From positions 180,975 to 244,974 of the forward strand of contig CAWETG010000010.1 in assembly GCA_963812035.1 (NCBI GenBank): a DNA stretch of 64,000 nt. Reading direction: 5' to 3'. Both the position numbers and the translations under genes were made by a program. The notes under the pieces were generated by a model. That model worked only from the letters and a program-made list of their open reading frames with translations. It searched no databases and was not told the origin of the DNA. This DNA is from an uncultured Gemmatimonadales bacterium (GTDB lineage: Bacteria; Gemmatimonadota; Gemmatimonadetes; Gemmatimonadales; JACORV01). This document shows positions 10,207-18,942 of the stretch, in pieces. Numbering within the stretch: the first letter of the stretch is position 1; each line of letters opens with the position of its first letter.

Positions 10207-11505
10207 ATGCTCGACCGCCGCTCCTTCCTCGGCTCTTTCGCCTCGGTCGCGCTCCTGGCGCGCACCGGCCGCCGCGCCCGCGCGGTCCCGGCGCCCGAAT
10301 CCCAGCCGGCATGGCCGCCAGCCATTTTTCAGAACGACGAGAGCTACTGGCGCAACCTGCGCAAGGAGTTCCTGATCCCCGCCGACGAGGCGTTCTTCAA
10401 CACGGGGACGCTCGGCAGCACGCCGCGCGTGGTGCTCCAGGCGGTGGCGGACGACTTGAGCCAGGTGGCGGGCACCATCGCGCACTGGAACTACAAGGCT
10501 GGCACGCCCGACTATATCGCCGGCTATAACCCGGAGACCGATCTGCGGACCGCCCTCGCCACCCTGATCGGCGCCTCACCGGACGAGGTCGCCCTCACGC
10601 AGAACGCGACCCTGGGGATGAACTACGTCGCCAACGGGCTGCCGCTCGAGCCCGGCCACGAGATCATCCTGACCAACCTCGAGCATCCCGGCGGACGGAT
10701 GGGGTGGGAGCTGAAGTCGAAGCGCTACGGGGTGTACGTCAAGCAGGTCGTGGTGCCCGTGCCGCCAGACAACCCGCAGCAACTCATCGACCTGTACGTC
10801 AACGCCACGACCCCCCAGACGAAGGTGTGGAGCATCCCGCACCTGACGAGCGGCCAGGCGATCCGCTTCCCGGTGGAGCGGATGTGCGCCATCGCGCGGG
10901 AGCGCGGGATCTTCACGGTGATCGACGGTGCGCAGTGCAGCGGCCACTTCCAGCTCGACATGAAGAAGATCGGCTGCGACGCGTACTACTCCTCACCCCA
11001 CAAGTGGCTGCTCGCCCCGGCGGGGAGCGGCTTCCTCTACGTCACCTCGGAGAAGCTCCCCGGAGTCTGGGCGACCCTCGCCTCCGCCACCTGGGACGAC
11101 TACAGGGCGGGCGCCTACCGGCTGATGCAGGTCGGGACGGGCAACCGCTCGCTGCTCAAGGGCTACGCCGCCGCGATCGAGTTCCACAACCGGATCGGTC
11201 CGGCACGGGTCGAGGCGCGGATCATGGACCTGGCGAACCGGCTGCGTGCCGGACTGCAGCAGATCCCGCAGGCGCAGATCCACTCACCGCTGCACCCCGA
11301 GCTGGTGAGCGGCACGACGGTGTGGAGCCTCGCCGGCTGGCCGGCGGGCGAGCTGATGGATGCGCTGTGGGACCGGGCGAAGGTGCGTTGCCGCTCGATG
11401 GGCGACCCGCTCGGCGTCCGCCAGTGCTGCCACATCTACACGCTGCCCGAGGACGTGGACCGGACGCTGGACACCGCGCGGCGCATGATACGGGAACGCC
11501 ACTAG
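10207..11505 (+). CDS. Tat-exported class V PLP-dependent enzyme (isopenicillin N epimerase/cysteine lyase-like)
   Basis: Tat motif DRRSFL, FNTGTLG, LEHPG, IDGAQ, PLP lysine in SPHKWLLAPAGSG. Confidence 0.88.
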   Translation: MLDRRSFLGSFASVALLARTGRRARAVPAPESQPAWPPAIFQNDESYWRNLRKEFLIPADEAFFNTGTLGSTPRVVLQAVADDLSQVAGTIAHWNYKAGTPDYIAGYNPETDLRTALATLIGASPDEVALTQNATLGMNYVANGLPLEPGHEIILTNLEHPGGRMGWELKSKRYGVYVKQVVVPVPPDNPQQLIDLYVNATTPQTKVWSIPHLTSGQAIRFPVERMCAIARERGIFTVIDGAQCSGHFQLDMKKIGCDAYYSSPHKWLLAPAGSGFLYVTSEKLPGVWATLASATWDDYRAGAYRLMQVGTGNRSLLKGYAAAIEFHNRIGPARVEARIMDLANRLRAGLQQIPQAQIHSPLHPELVSGTTVWSLAGWPAGELMDALWDRAKVRCRSMGDPLGVRQCCHIYTLPEDVDRTLDTARRMIRERH

Positions 11506-11536
11506 TGCGAGGTCGGAGAATCTGAGCATTCCGTCG

Positions 11537-11680
11537 AGTTGCGAGACGCCGAGTTGCGAGTGGTGGTGAGACGTGAGCCGTGAGGGCGAGAAAAGGCCCC
11601 GCGACAGCATACTGGCGGGGCCTGCTCTCTTGCTCGTCTCCGGCATCTCATAACCACTCGCAACTCGGCGTCCCGCAACT
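11537..11680. repeat. Long imperfect palindrome built from 7-mer GAGTTGC-like units
   Basis: 11537-11571 agttgcgagacgccgagttgcgagtggtggtgaga pairs with 11646-11680 tctcataaccactcgcaactcggcgtcccgcaact (35 nt, 3 mismatches). Confidence 0.85.
11591..11631. terminator. Probable bidirectional intrinsic terminator between convergent genes
   Basis: aaaAGGCCCCGC-gacagcatactg-GCGGGGCCTgctctctt: perfect 9-bp stem with an A-run on one side and a pyrimidine run on the other. Confidence 0.7.
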
Positions 11681-11709
11681 GATCTGACCGCCGCCCTCCG
11701 CTTTCTCAC

Positions 11710-14670
11710 CTACTTCAGGACGAAGCGCACCTCGTGCAGGTCGGCCGCCGCGAGCGTCACCGCGCAGCGCAGGCCCGCCCCCCACCCCGTGACCTCCGGG
11801 CGGATCTCCCGGCCGTCCACCTCTACCGCCGTCGGAAGCGTCGGCAGCCACGGCGCAAGGGTGACAGCCAGCCCCGGGCCGAGGGTCCGGCGCAGTGTGA
11901 CGGTCAGCTCGCCGTCGTGCCGCTGCAGCCTCAGGTTGTACGCGCTGTCGGCGCAGCGCAGGCCGAGCACTTCGAGCCGGTCCCAAGCCGCCGGCAGCTG
12001 GGGCGCCACCGTGATTCGACCCGCCGCCGCATCGGGTTCCACCCCCAGCAGGCCGTCGACCAGCGGCAGCACGACCATTCCCGCCGACCACGCCCGGTCC
12101 GGGCAACCGGCCGCGGCTCGCTCCTCCAGTCCGTCCAGCGCCTCGTCGAACGCACCGCGCTGGCGACTGAACGCCAGGTCGGCATTGGCTCGGAGGTGGC
12201 GGAAGGCGGTCTCGCCCAGGCCGGCACGGTACTCCGCCAGCGCCGCCCAGCCGGTCAAGATCGGCCGCACGGCGCCCGTGTCGCGACCCGACGACTCGAA
12301 CTGCTGATCGGTAACCGGCAGCATCCTCACGCCCCACCGGGCGCTGAACGCGTCTCCGCCGAGCGCCTCGAGGAGGCTCTTCGCGCGAACCGGATTCGCC
12401 GAGCCCAGCAGCAGCGGCACGGCATGCACTGCACTCTGGGTCCACGACGGGGCGCCGTCGGCGCCCAGTGCACACGCGTAGCTGCCGCGGCCGGCATCGT
12501 AGAAGCGGTCCTCGATCGCCGCCGTGACCCGGGCCGCGCGCGCCCAGCAGTCGGCGGCGAACCGGTCCTGCCCCAGCACCTCCGCCGCCCCGGCGAGTCC
12601 GCGCAGCGCGGCCTGCCACAGGGCGGCGAGATAGAGGGACACCCGCTCGCCGCCCAGCGCCCCCGTTCCGCTGCCGTCGCCCACGTCCGTGTGTTCGATC
12701 AGCCCGTCGCCGTCGCCGTCCGTGGACAGGCAGAACGTGAGGGCCCGCTCGACGTGTGACCAGATCGACGCCACGAATTCCCGGTCGCCGCTCCACGCCA
12801 GGTAGCGCGCTACGAGCAGCAGGTAGAGCGGCGTCGAGTCCGCCGCGTCGAACCGGAATTGGCCCGAGGTCGTCGCCTCGTGCAGCACCTTCCCCGTGAC
12901 GTCCTGCCGGTCGCCGAGGAAGCGGATGACTTGGCGCACCAGCGAATACTCGCCCTCGGCCAGCAGGGCGAAGCTCGCCCAGCAGGCGTCCCGACCCACG
13001 AACCAGGCCGCGCCGGGCCGCCCGTCGCCCCACCCGGGCTGCGCGGCAGCGTAGCCCGCCAGCAGCGAACGCCCGACGCCGGGCACGTCGCCCAGAAACG
13101 CGTCGAGCCGCCGCTTCGCCCACTCGAGCGCACGGTCGAAGGCGCTGTCGTCGGTGCGCACCGCGAGGCGCGCCTCGGTGACGACCGCCGCTCGCTGGGC
13201 GCGCTGCCGCACCAGGCCGGCGATGCCGAGTCGCCGGATGCCGCGCAGCGTGCGCTGGAGCTCGGCCTGGTTCGCGCCACCCACGATCGCCACGAACAGC
13301 GGGGAGCCGAGCGTGGTGCGGATGCGGCACCGCACCGCCGGCGCACCACCTGACGCCCGTTGCATTTCGATTCTCGCGCCGCGGCTCAGGAATACCGCCA
13401 TCACGCCGTCGTCGCTCTCGGAGGAGACCAGGGCAACCCGGCCGTCACTGCGGCTGCGGTACGCCAAATTGCCCCCGCACCCGGCCGCGAAGGGCCACAT
13501 CCGCCTGAGGTCCGTCTCCAGCTCAATCTCGAAGTCGACCGGCCCCCGCCCGACCGACTCGCGGCGCTTGCGCCCGGGGCGGTACTCCACCAGCGCGACG
13601 GGGTGCTCGAGCGCGACCAGCGCCATCTCGAGCACCCGGCGATCGGCGGTCTGAATGACGCGTGCGACGACGTCGGGTGTCACCTCCATCTGGCTGCCAA
13701 GGGCGACGACGCCGTCCGCGCGCACGAGCCAGGACGCCACCGCGCGGTGCGGATGCACCCACAGCTCGCGGATGCCGCGCCGCTCCCCGCCCACCAGCAG
13801 CGCGCGTCGTCCCGCGAGGTCGAACGGCGCGTCGTCCTCCACCGGTCCCGCGATGACCAGCGCGTCGTCCGACGGCACGGGGAGCGCCCCGTCGAACTCC
13901 AGCGGCTCGGGGAGCGGGAGCGCTTCCGAAGCGGACGCCACGGTGCCAGGCGACGGCCACCAGGTCCTCAGCTCAGAGGCGGAGGAAACGACCGCCTGCA
14001 GCGCGTTGAGCACCAGTCGCTCGAGCTGCGGTCGCAGCCGCCGGTCCGGCGCGGCGAAGCAGGTGAAGGCGCCGATGCAGAGCACCCGCCCCCGCCCCAC
14101 GCTGTACTCCCATGCCACCACCCGCTCCGGGTTCTGGATCCGGTAGCCCCGCTCCACAGCCACGACCCGGCCATCGGCCGGCCACGCGCCGCCGGAATAG
14201 CAGGCCCAGGCGAACGGCTCACCTTCGGACGGCGCCCAGCAGTACGTACCGTTGTGCAACCCAGCGACGAGCCCGTGCGGTCCGTAGGTCGCGATCCCGC
14301 GCACGTGGGGATAGGCCGGCAGCGCGCGCAGCTCCTCCGACCACCACTCGTCGCGCTGGTGGCTCCACACCAGCTCGCGGCAGTCGTTGGGCGGCACCGT
14401 CTCGATGCCGAGCGGACCCACCAGCGACGCCGCCTGAAGCGTGAGCAACAGCCCGCCGCCCTGCGACACGAAGCCGCGCACCGCCTCGGTCGGAAGCCGG
14501 CCGGGCCTCGATTCCCCGTGAATCCAGACCACGTCCGTCTCGTTGACCGCGGCGTCGAGATGCTCGCACTCGTAGCGTCGCGCCTGCACGTCGGCGACCG
14601 ACCCGAGCCATGCGAGGGCGGCCTCGCCCTCCGCGCCCGGGCCCGTCACCAGCCCGACGCGCAAGCTCAC
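11710..14670 (-). CDS. Amylo-alpha-1,6-glucosidase/GDE-like (alpha/alpha)6 hydrolase with N-terminal ThuA/GATase-like domain
   Basis: AWFVGRDA, GKVLHE, DAADSTPLYL, DGDGDGLIE, WGVRML, CPDRAWS motifs. Confidence 0.8.
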   Translation of the reverse strand: MSLRVGLVTGPGAEGEAALAWLGSVADVQARRYECEHLDAAVNETDVVWIHGESRPGRLPTEAVRGFVSQGGGLLLTLQAASLVGPLGIETVPPNDCRELVWSHQRDEWWSEELRALPAYPHVRGIATYGPHGLVAGLHNGTYCWAPSEGEPFAWACYSGGAWPADGRVVAVERGYRIQNPERVVAWEYSVGRGRVLCIGAFTCFAAPDRRLRPQLERLVLNALQAVVSSASELRTWWPSPGTVASASEALPLPEPLEFDGALPVPSDDALVIAGPVEDDAPFDLAGRRALLVGGERRGIRELWVHPHRAVASWLVRADGVVALGSQMEVTPDVVARVIQTADRRVLEMALVALEHPVALVEYRPGRKRRESVGRGPVDFEIELETDLRRMWPFAAGCGGNLAYRSRSDGRVALVSSESDDGVMAVFLSRGARIEMQRASGGAPAVRCRIRTTLGSPLFVAIVGGANQAELQRTLRGIRRLGIAGLVRQRAQRAAVVTEARLAVRTDDSAFDRALEWAKRRLDAFLGDVPGVGRSLLAGYAAAQPGWGDGRPGAAWFVGRDACWASFALLAEGEYSLVRQVIRFLGDRQDVTGKVLHEATTSGQFRFDAADSTPLYLLLVARYLAWSGDREFVASIWSHVERALTFCLSTDGDGDGLIEHTDVGDGSGTGALGGERVSLYLAALWQAALRGLAGAAEVLGQDRFAADCWARAARVTAAIEDRFYDAGRGSYACALGADGAPSWTQSAVHAVPLLLGSANPVRAKSLLEALGGDAFSARWGVRMLPVTDQQFESSGRDTGAVRPILTGWAALAEYRAGLGETAFRHLRANADLAFSRQRGAFDEALDGLEERAAAGCPDRAWSAGMVVLPLVDGLLGVEPDAAAGRITVAPQLPAAWDRLEVLGLRCADSAYNLRLQRHDGELTVTLRRTLGPGLAVTLAPWLPTLPTAVEVDGREIRPEVTGWGAGLRCAVTLAAADLHEVRFVLK

Positions 14671-16898
14671 AGCGCCACCTCGATTGGCTCGCCCACGCGG
14701 CCGCGCGCCGCCTCGCGCCCGCCTACCAGGACGACCAGGCGCTCACCCTCCCGCTCCACGTCCACCAGCGAACCCTGCATCGGGAGCCCGCGCGCCTCGA
14801 GCCCGTCCAGCGCGCACGGCATCGGGTCCACCACGAAGTGTCCTTCGCCCGCCGGCCGGAGCCCGACCACGTACTGCACGATCAGATCGTTGATCCACGA
14901 GTGCTGGTAGTCGTCGATCCCGCGGTAGGCGCTCGGCCGGCCGGTGACGGGGTGATAGTGCTCGAAGCTGTTGGGGCGAGAGGCGTCGCCGTTCCAGAAG
15001 AGCATCCGGACGAACTTGGTGATGAACTCCGCGAGGTGCGCGCGCAGTGCCGGGACGTGCGCCAGCGCCACAGCGGCGATGGCTTCCGCCACGTGGCTGT
15101 TGGTCATGGGCCACACGCGCCCGTTCCACGGGCAATTGTGACGCTTCCCCTTCCAGGCCGCGTCGGGATCAAACAGCGGATCCTGGAGGCTGGAGGAGGG
15201 CACCGGAAACGGCGTCCAGAAGCCACGCGCGTCGAACAGGTTCTGCGCGAAGCCCGGCAGGTGCTCGGCGCGTACCAGGTCGGTGGCGTACGGGTAGAAG
15301 CACACCGCCGCCTTGACGCGGGTGCGGCGGCCAGTGGCCGGGTTCACGTCGCTGAACATCCCCGACCCGGGATCCCACATCCGCTTGCGCACCGCCTGGG
15401 CCGTCGCCTCCGCCTGGAGCCGCCACTTCTCGCCGTCCACGCCAACCCGCGGCGCCAGCAGCGCCAGCGCCCGGAACAGCGAGTAAACGTAGACCGTGGC
15501 GTCCACCCCCTTGAGCCGGATCCGGCTCTGCCAGCCGTACAGGTCGGCGTCGGGGTCCACCGCCTGATACCGGGACATGTATTCCTGGCCGGTCTCGTAC
15601 TGGTCCACCACGTCGTACAGGTGCATGCGCTGCGCGTCGCGCGTTGCGAGCAGCCACTCGCCGTAGCGCTCGAGCGCGGGGAGCACCTCGCGCAGGAACG
15701 CGTCGCTGGGATGCACGGCGTCGAGCGCCAGCAGCGCTCCGCCCCAGTCCGCGTGGTAGAAGTCGGCCCCCTCCAGGTGATTGACGTACACTCGGCCGGG
15801 GAACGAGCCGTCCGACCGCTGGTGAGCGACGAAGGTCCGCAGCACGCCCCGGGCCAGCTCGGGGTTGCGGCCCCAGCGCAGCTCCCGCAGGTGGCACTGC
15901 GCACTGTAGGCGATGGGCTGGTGGAAGTACCCGATCCCCTCGCACACGCTCGGCGCCGGATAGTTGCCCCACCCGCCGGCGACGCCGCACAGCCGCAGGC
16001 CGTACCAGCGGTACGCCCAGTAGCGCTCGAAGTACGGGTCGGAGCAACGAAAGACCGGCACGTCGGCGAGAAACTCCTCCCACGACGAGCGGCTGGCCGC
16101 CGAGAACGACGACGCCTTGCGCGGCACCGCGAGATCGGGGCGCGGCGCCACGCTGTGCGGGAGATCGGGCTCCACCCGCAGCGCCACCGCCAGGCGCGCC
16201 ACCCCGCCCGGCGGGATCTCCAGCGCGCGGTGCACGCCGAGGTAGACCAGTCCCGCGTCGTTGATCCCGCCGAGGTCACCCCGGCACGCCAGCCCGCCGT
16301 GCCGGGGATCCCAGCGGTCCCAGAAGGGTGTCAACGCGAACCGCGGCTGGTTCGCCGTCGCCTCGGCGCGTACGGCGGCCCAGGTATCCGTGCCGCGGGC
16401 GAGGGCGAGCCTCAACATCAGGTCGAGCGTCTGTCCCTTGCGGTCCACCACGCGGCGGGGCCACGCCAACTCGACCGACGACCAGCCCACGCCCCCCGCC
16501 GGCACCTCGTCGCCCGGCGCCGTCGTCCAGGCCACGGCGTGCAGGCGCACCGGCTCGGCGCCCGCGTTGCGGAGCGCCCACTCGCTCCCCACCACGAAGC
16601 CGGGCAGCACTACCCGCGTCTCGACGGCCTCGATGCCGCCGGCGGCGGGGAAATAGGGAGTCTCGAGGGCGGCGGGGGTCCAGCGGCGGGTGCCGGGTAC
16701 CAGGCGCAGCTCCGACCCCGATTCGTCGAGGAAGGTGACGGTGAATAGCGGCTGGAGCGGGTACTCGAACAGGTGGGCCTCGTCCCAGAACCCCGGGACG
16801 TCGAGCCACAGGGGGAACGGCGGCGCGAACACGAGGCCCTCGCCCGCCGAAAGTTGCCACTTGTCGGTGCGCGCCAGCAGCTCGAACGGGTCGCTCAC
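14667..16898 (-). CDS. MGH1/GH63-like glycoside hydrolase
   Basis: YETGQEYMSRY, GMFSDVN, FWTPFPVPS, WNGRVWP and FEHYHP motifs of GH63/trehalase-like barrels. Confidence 0.8.
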   Translation of the reverse strand: MSDPFELLARTDKWQLSAGEGLVFAPPFPLWLDVPGFWDEAHLFEYPLQPLFTVTFLDESGSELRLVPGTRRWTPAALETPYFPAAGGIEAVETRVVLPGFVVGSEWALRNAGAEPVRLHAVAWTTAPGDEVPAGGVGWSSVELAWPRRVVDRKGQTLDLMLRLALARGTDTWAAVRAEATANQPRFALTPFWDRWDPRHGGLACRGDLGGINDAGLVYLGVHRALEIPPGGVARLAVALRVEPDLPHSVAPRPDLAVPRKASSFSAASRSSWEEFLADVPVFRCSDPYFERYWAYRWYGLRLCGVAGGWGNYPAPSVCEGIGYFHQPIAYSAQCHLRELRWGRNPELARGVLRTFVAHQRSDGSFPGRVYVNHLEGADFYHADWGGALLALDAVHPSDAFLREVLPALERYGEWLLATRDAQRMHLYDVVDQYETGQEYMSRYQAVDPDADLYGWQSRIRLKGVDATVYVYSLFRALALLAPRVGVDGEKWRLQAEATAQAVRKRMWDPGSGMFSDVNPATGRRTRVKAAVCFYPYATDLVRAEHLPGFAQNLFDARGFWTPFPVPSSSLQDPLFDPDAAWKGKRHNCPWNGRVWPMTNSHVAEAIAAVALAHVPALRAHLAEFITKFVRMLFWNGDASRPNSFEHYHPVTGRPSAYRGIDDYQHSWINDLIVQYVVGLRPAGEGHFVVDPMPCALDGLEARGLPMQGSLVDVEREGERLVVLVGGREAARGRVGEPIEVAL

Positions 16899-16958
16899 GC
16901 GCCCCTGCCGCCCGAGGCAGCGGAGCCGCGGGGCGCCGCGCGAGCCAGCCCGGCGCCG

Positions 16959-17414
16959 TTACAGCGCCGCGATCTGCGCGAGCAACTCGTCGTCGTCACG
17001 CCGATGACCCAGCTCGGCCTCCGTATGCGCCCAGCGCAGGATGCCCTGCTTGTCGATCAGGAAGTAGGCGCGCCGCGAGAAGAACTTGTCCTCGAGCAAC
17101 GTTCCGTAGGCGCGGCACACCTCACGCTTGAAGTCGGAGAGCAGGTCGAGCGACAGCTGCTCCTTTGCCTTGAACTCGCGCAGGGTCGGGATCGAGTCCA
17201 CGCTGATGGGCAGGATCACCGCGCCCGCCCCCTCGAACCGCGAGACGTCCTCGGTGAACGAGCCCAGCTCGGCCGTGCAGGTCGAGGTGAAGGCGAGGGG
17301 GAAGAACGCCAGGAGGACGTTGGATTTCCCGCGGAACTGCGCGAGTGTCACGTCGCTGCCCGACGTCGACGGCAGCGTGAATGCGGGTGCGGTCTCTCCC
17401 ACGACCGGCGCCAT
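16959..17414 (-). CDS. Peroxiredoxin, AhpE/BCP-like
   Basis: APAFTL, FFPLAFTSTCTAEL peroxidatic motif, LLSDF, RAYFLIDKQG; GGAGG RBS. Confidence 0.9.
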   Translation of the reverse strand: MAPVVGETAPAFTLPSTSGSDVTLAQFRGKSNVLLAFFPLAFTSTCTAELGSFTEDVSRFEGAGAVILPISVDSIPTLREFKAKEQLSLDLLSDFKREVCRAYGTLLEDKFFSRRAYFLIDKQGILRWAHTEAELGHRRDDDELLAQIAAL

Positions 17415-17441
17415 GACGACCTCCGCAGTGGAACCGCCCTG

Positions 17442-17471
17442 AGCTTACAGCGGGCGCGCGCCCCGGGGCAA
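17442..17471 (-). promoter_or_regulatory. sigma70-like promoter of the peroxiredoxin-hydrolase unit
   Basis: Minus strand TTGCCC-N18-TAAGCT. Confidence 0.5.
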
Positions 17472-17520
17472 GCGAGCCGCCGCCGGGCACGGCCCGCGCG
17501 GCTCGGCCCGCCGACGCAGG

Positions 17521-18942
17521 CTACGGCAGCAGCTGGGCGGCGCGCTCCGCGAACCGGTAGACGACGGCGGGGAACACGCCCAGCACCACGACGGCGCCCG
17601 AGAGCGCATAGCACAGCGCCCGGTCGCCGAGGCTGAGGGAGAGTGGGCCGCGGTTCCGCTCGTCGGGCAGCAGGTACGCGTACTTCACCGCAACCAGGTA
17701 GTAGTAGACGGAGACCGTGCTGTTGACTGCGGCGAGCAGCACCAGCAGCCACCATCCCTGCCCCATCGCCGCCGAGAACAGGAACCACTTGCCCACAAAG
17801 CCGGCGGTGGGCGGGACGCCGGCGAGCGCGAACAGCGCAAGCAGCAGCGTCGCGGCCAGCAGCGGCGAGCGCCGGTGCAGCCCCTTGAGATCGTCCAGCT
17901 GCGGGTTGGTACCGTCGGCACCGACCCGCGCCACCACGAGGAAGGCCGCCGCGTTCATCAGCAGGTAAAGCAGGCCGTAGAACAGCGCCGCCGCCAACCC
18001 TGCCCGGGTAAACGCGACCAGCCCCACCACGACGTAGCCGGCCTGCGCCACCGCCGAGTACGCGAGCATGCGCTTGACGTCGCGCTGCACGATGGCCACC
18101 AGGTTGCCGAGCGTCATCGACACCGCGGCGATCAGCGCCAGCGCGGTCGCCAGCCGCGTCCCGCCCAGCCCGGCCACGGCCATGAGTCGCGCCAGCACCG
18201 CGATGGCCCCGACCTTGGAAGCGGTGGCCACGAACGCCGCCACGCCATGTGAGGCGGCCTGGTAGACGTCGGGCGCCCAGAAGTGGAACGGGAACACCGC
18301 GAGCTTGAACAACAGGCCGGCGAGGAGCAGCGCGACGCCGAACGTCACGGCGGGTTCGCCCGCGAGCTGCGGCAGCTGCGCCGCGATCTCGTCCAGCCGG
18401 GTGGTGCCCGTGAACCCGACGATGAGCGAGAGCCCGAACAGTGTGACCGCAGACGCGGTCAGGCCGATCACGATGAACTTGAGCGCCGCCTCCCGGCCCA
18501 TCTGGCACTGGTCGCACATCGGGACCAAAACGAACAGTGAGAACGAGGCGATCTCCATCGCCAGGTAAAGCGCGACCAGCTCGACCGCGCTGGAGAGCGC
18601 GACCAGGCCGGCGGCGGACGTCAGCAGGAAGAAGAAGACCTCGCCGCGCACGTCCTCCCGCTGCCCCCGCACCTCCCCGGCGATGACCGCGCCGATCAGG
18701 AAGCCCACCGCGACCGCGGCCTTGACCAGCTGGGAGAACGCGTCCACCCGGTAGGTCGCCCAGAAGAACTCCTCGCTCCGGCCGAGCGTGAGCAGGCTGG
18801 CGGCCAGCACCAGGACGCCGCCCACATAGGCCGCGCGCCGCGCACGCTGGGTCCGGTGGCGCTCCGTCATCAGGGCGCCGAACACCAGCAGCGCCGTCAC
18901 CGCCAGCGCGGCTTCGGGCAGGAGGGCGACGAGCCGCGTCAC
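17521..18942 (-). CDS. nuoN: NADH-quinone oxidoreductase subunit N
   Basis: EAALKF, FKLAVFPFHFWAPDVYQ, KRMLAYS, LAGVPPTAGFVGK; GTG start overlaps the nuoM stop. Confidence 0.93.
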   Translation of the reverse strand: MTRLVALLPEAALAVTALLVFGALMTERHRTQRARRAAYVGGVLVLAASLLTLGRSEEFFWATYRVDAFSQLVKAAVAVGFLIGAVIAGEVRGQREDVRGEVFFFLLTSAAGLVALSSAVELVALYLAMEIASFSLFVLVPMCDQCQMGREAALKFIVIGLTASAVTLFGLSLIVGFTGTTRLDEIAAQLPQLAGEPAVTFGVALLLAGLLFKLAVFPFHFWAPDVYQAASHGVAAFVATASKVGAIAVLARLMAVAGLGGTRLATALALIAAVSMTLGNLVAIVQRDVKRMLAYSAVAQAGYVVVGLVAFTRAGLAAALFYGLLYLLMNAAAFLVVARVGADGTNPQLDDLKGLHRRSPLLAATLLLALFALAGVPPTAGFVGKWFLFSAAMGQGWWLLVLLAAVNSTVSVYYYLVAVKYAYLLPDERNRGPLSLSLGDRALCYALSGAVVVLGVFPAVVYRFAERAAQLLP

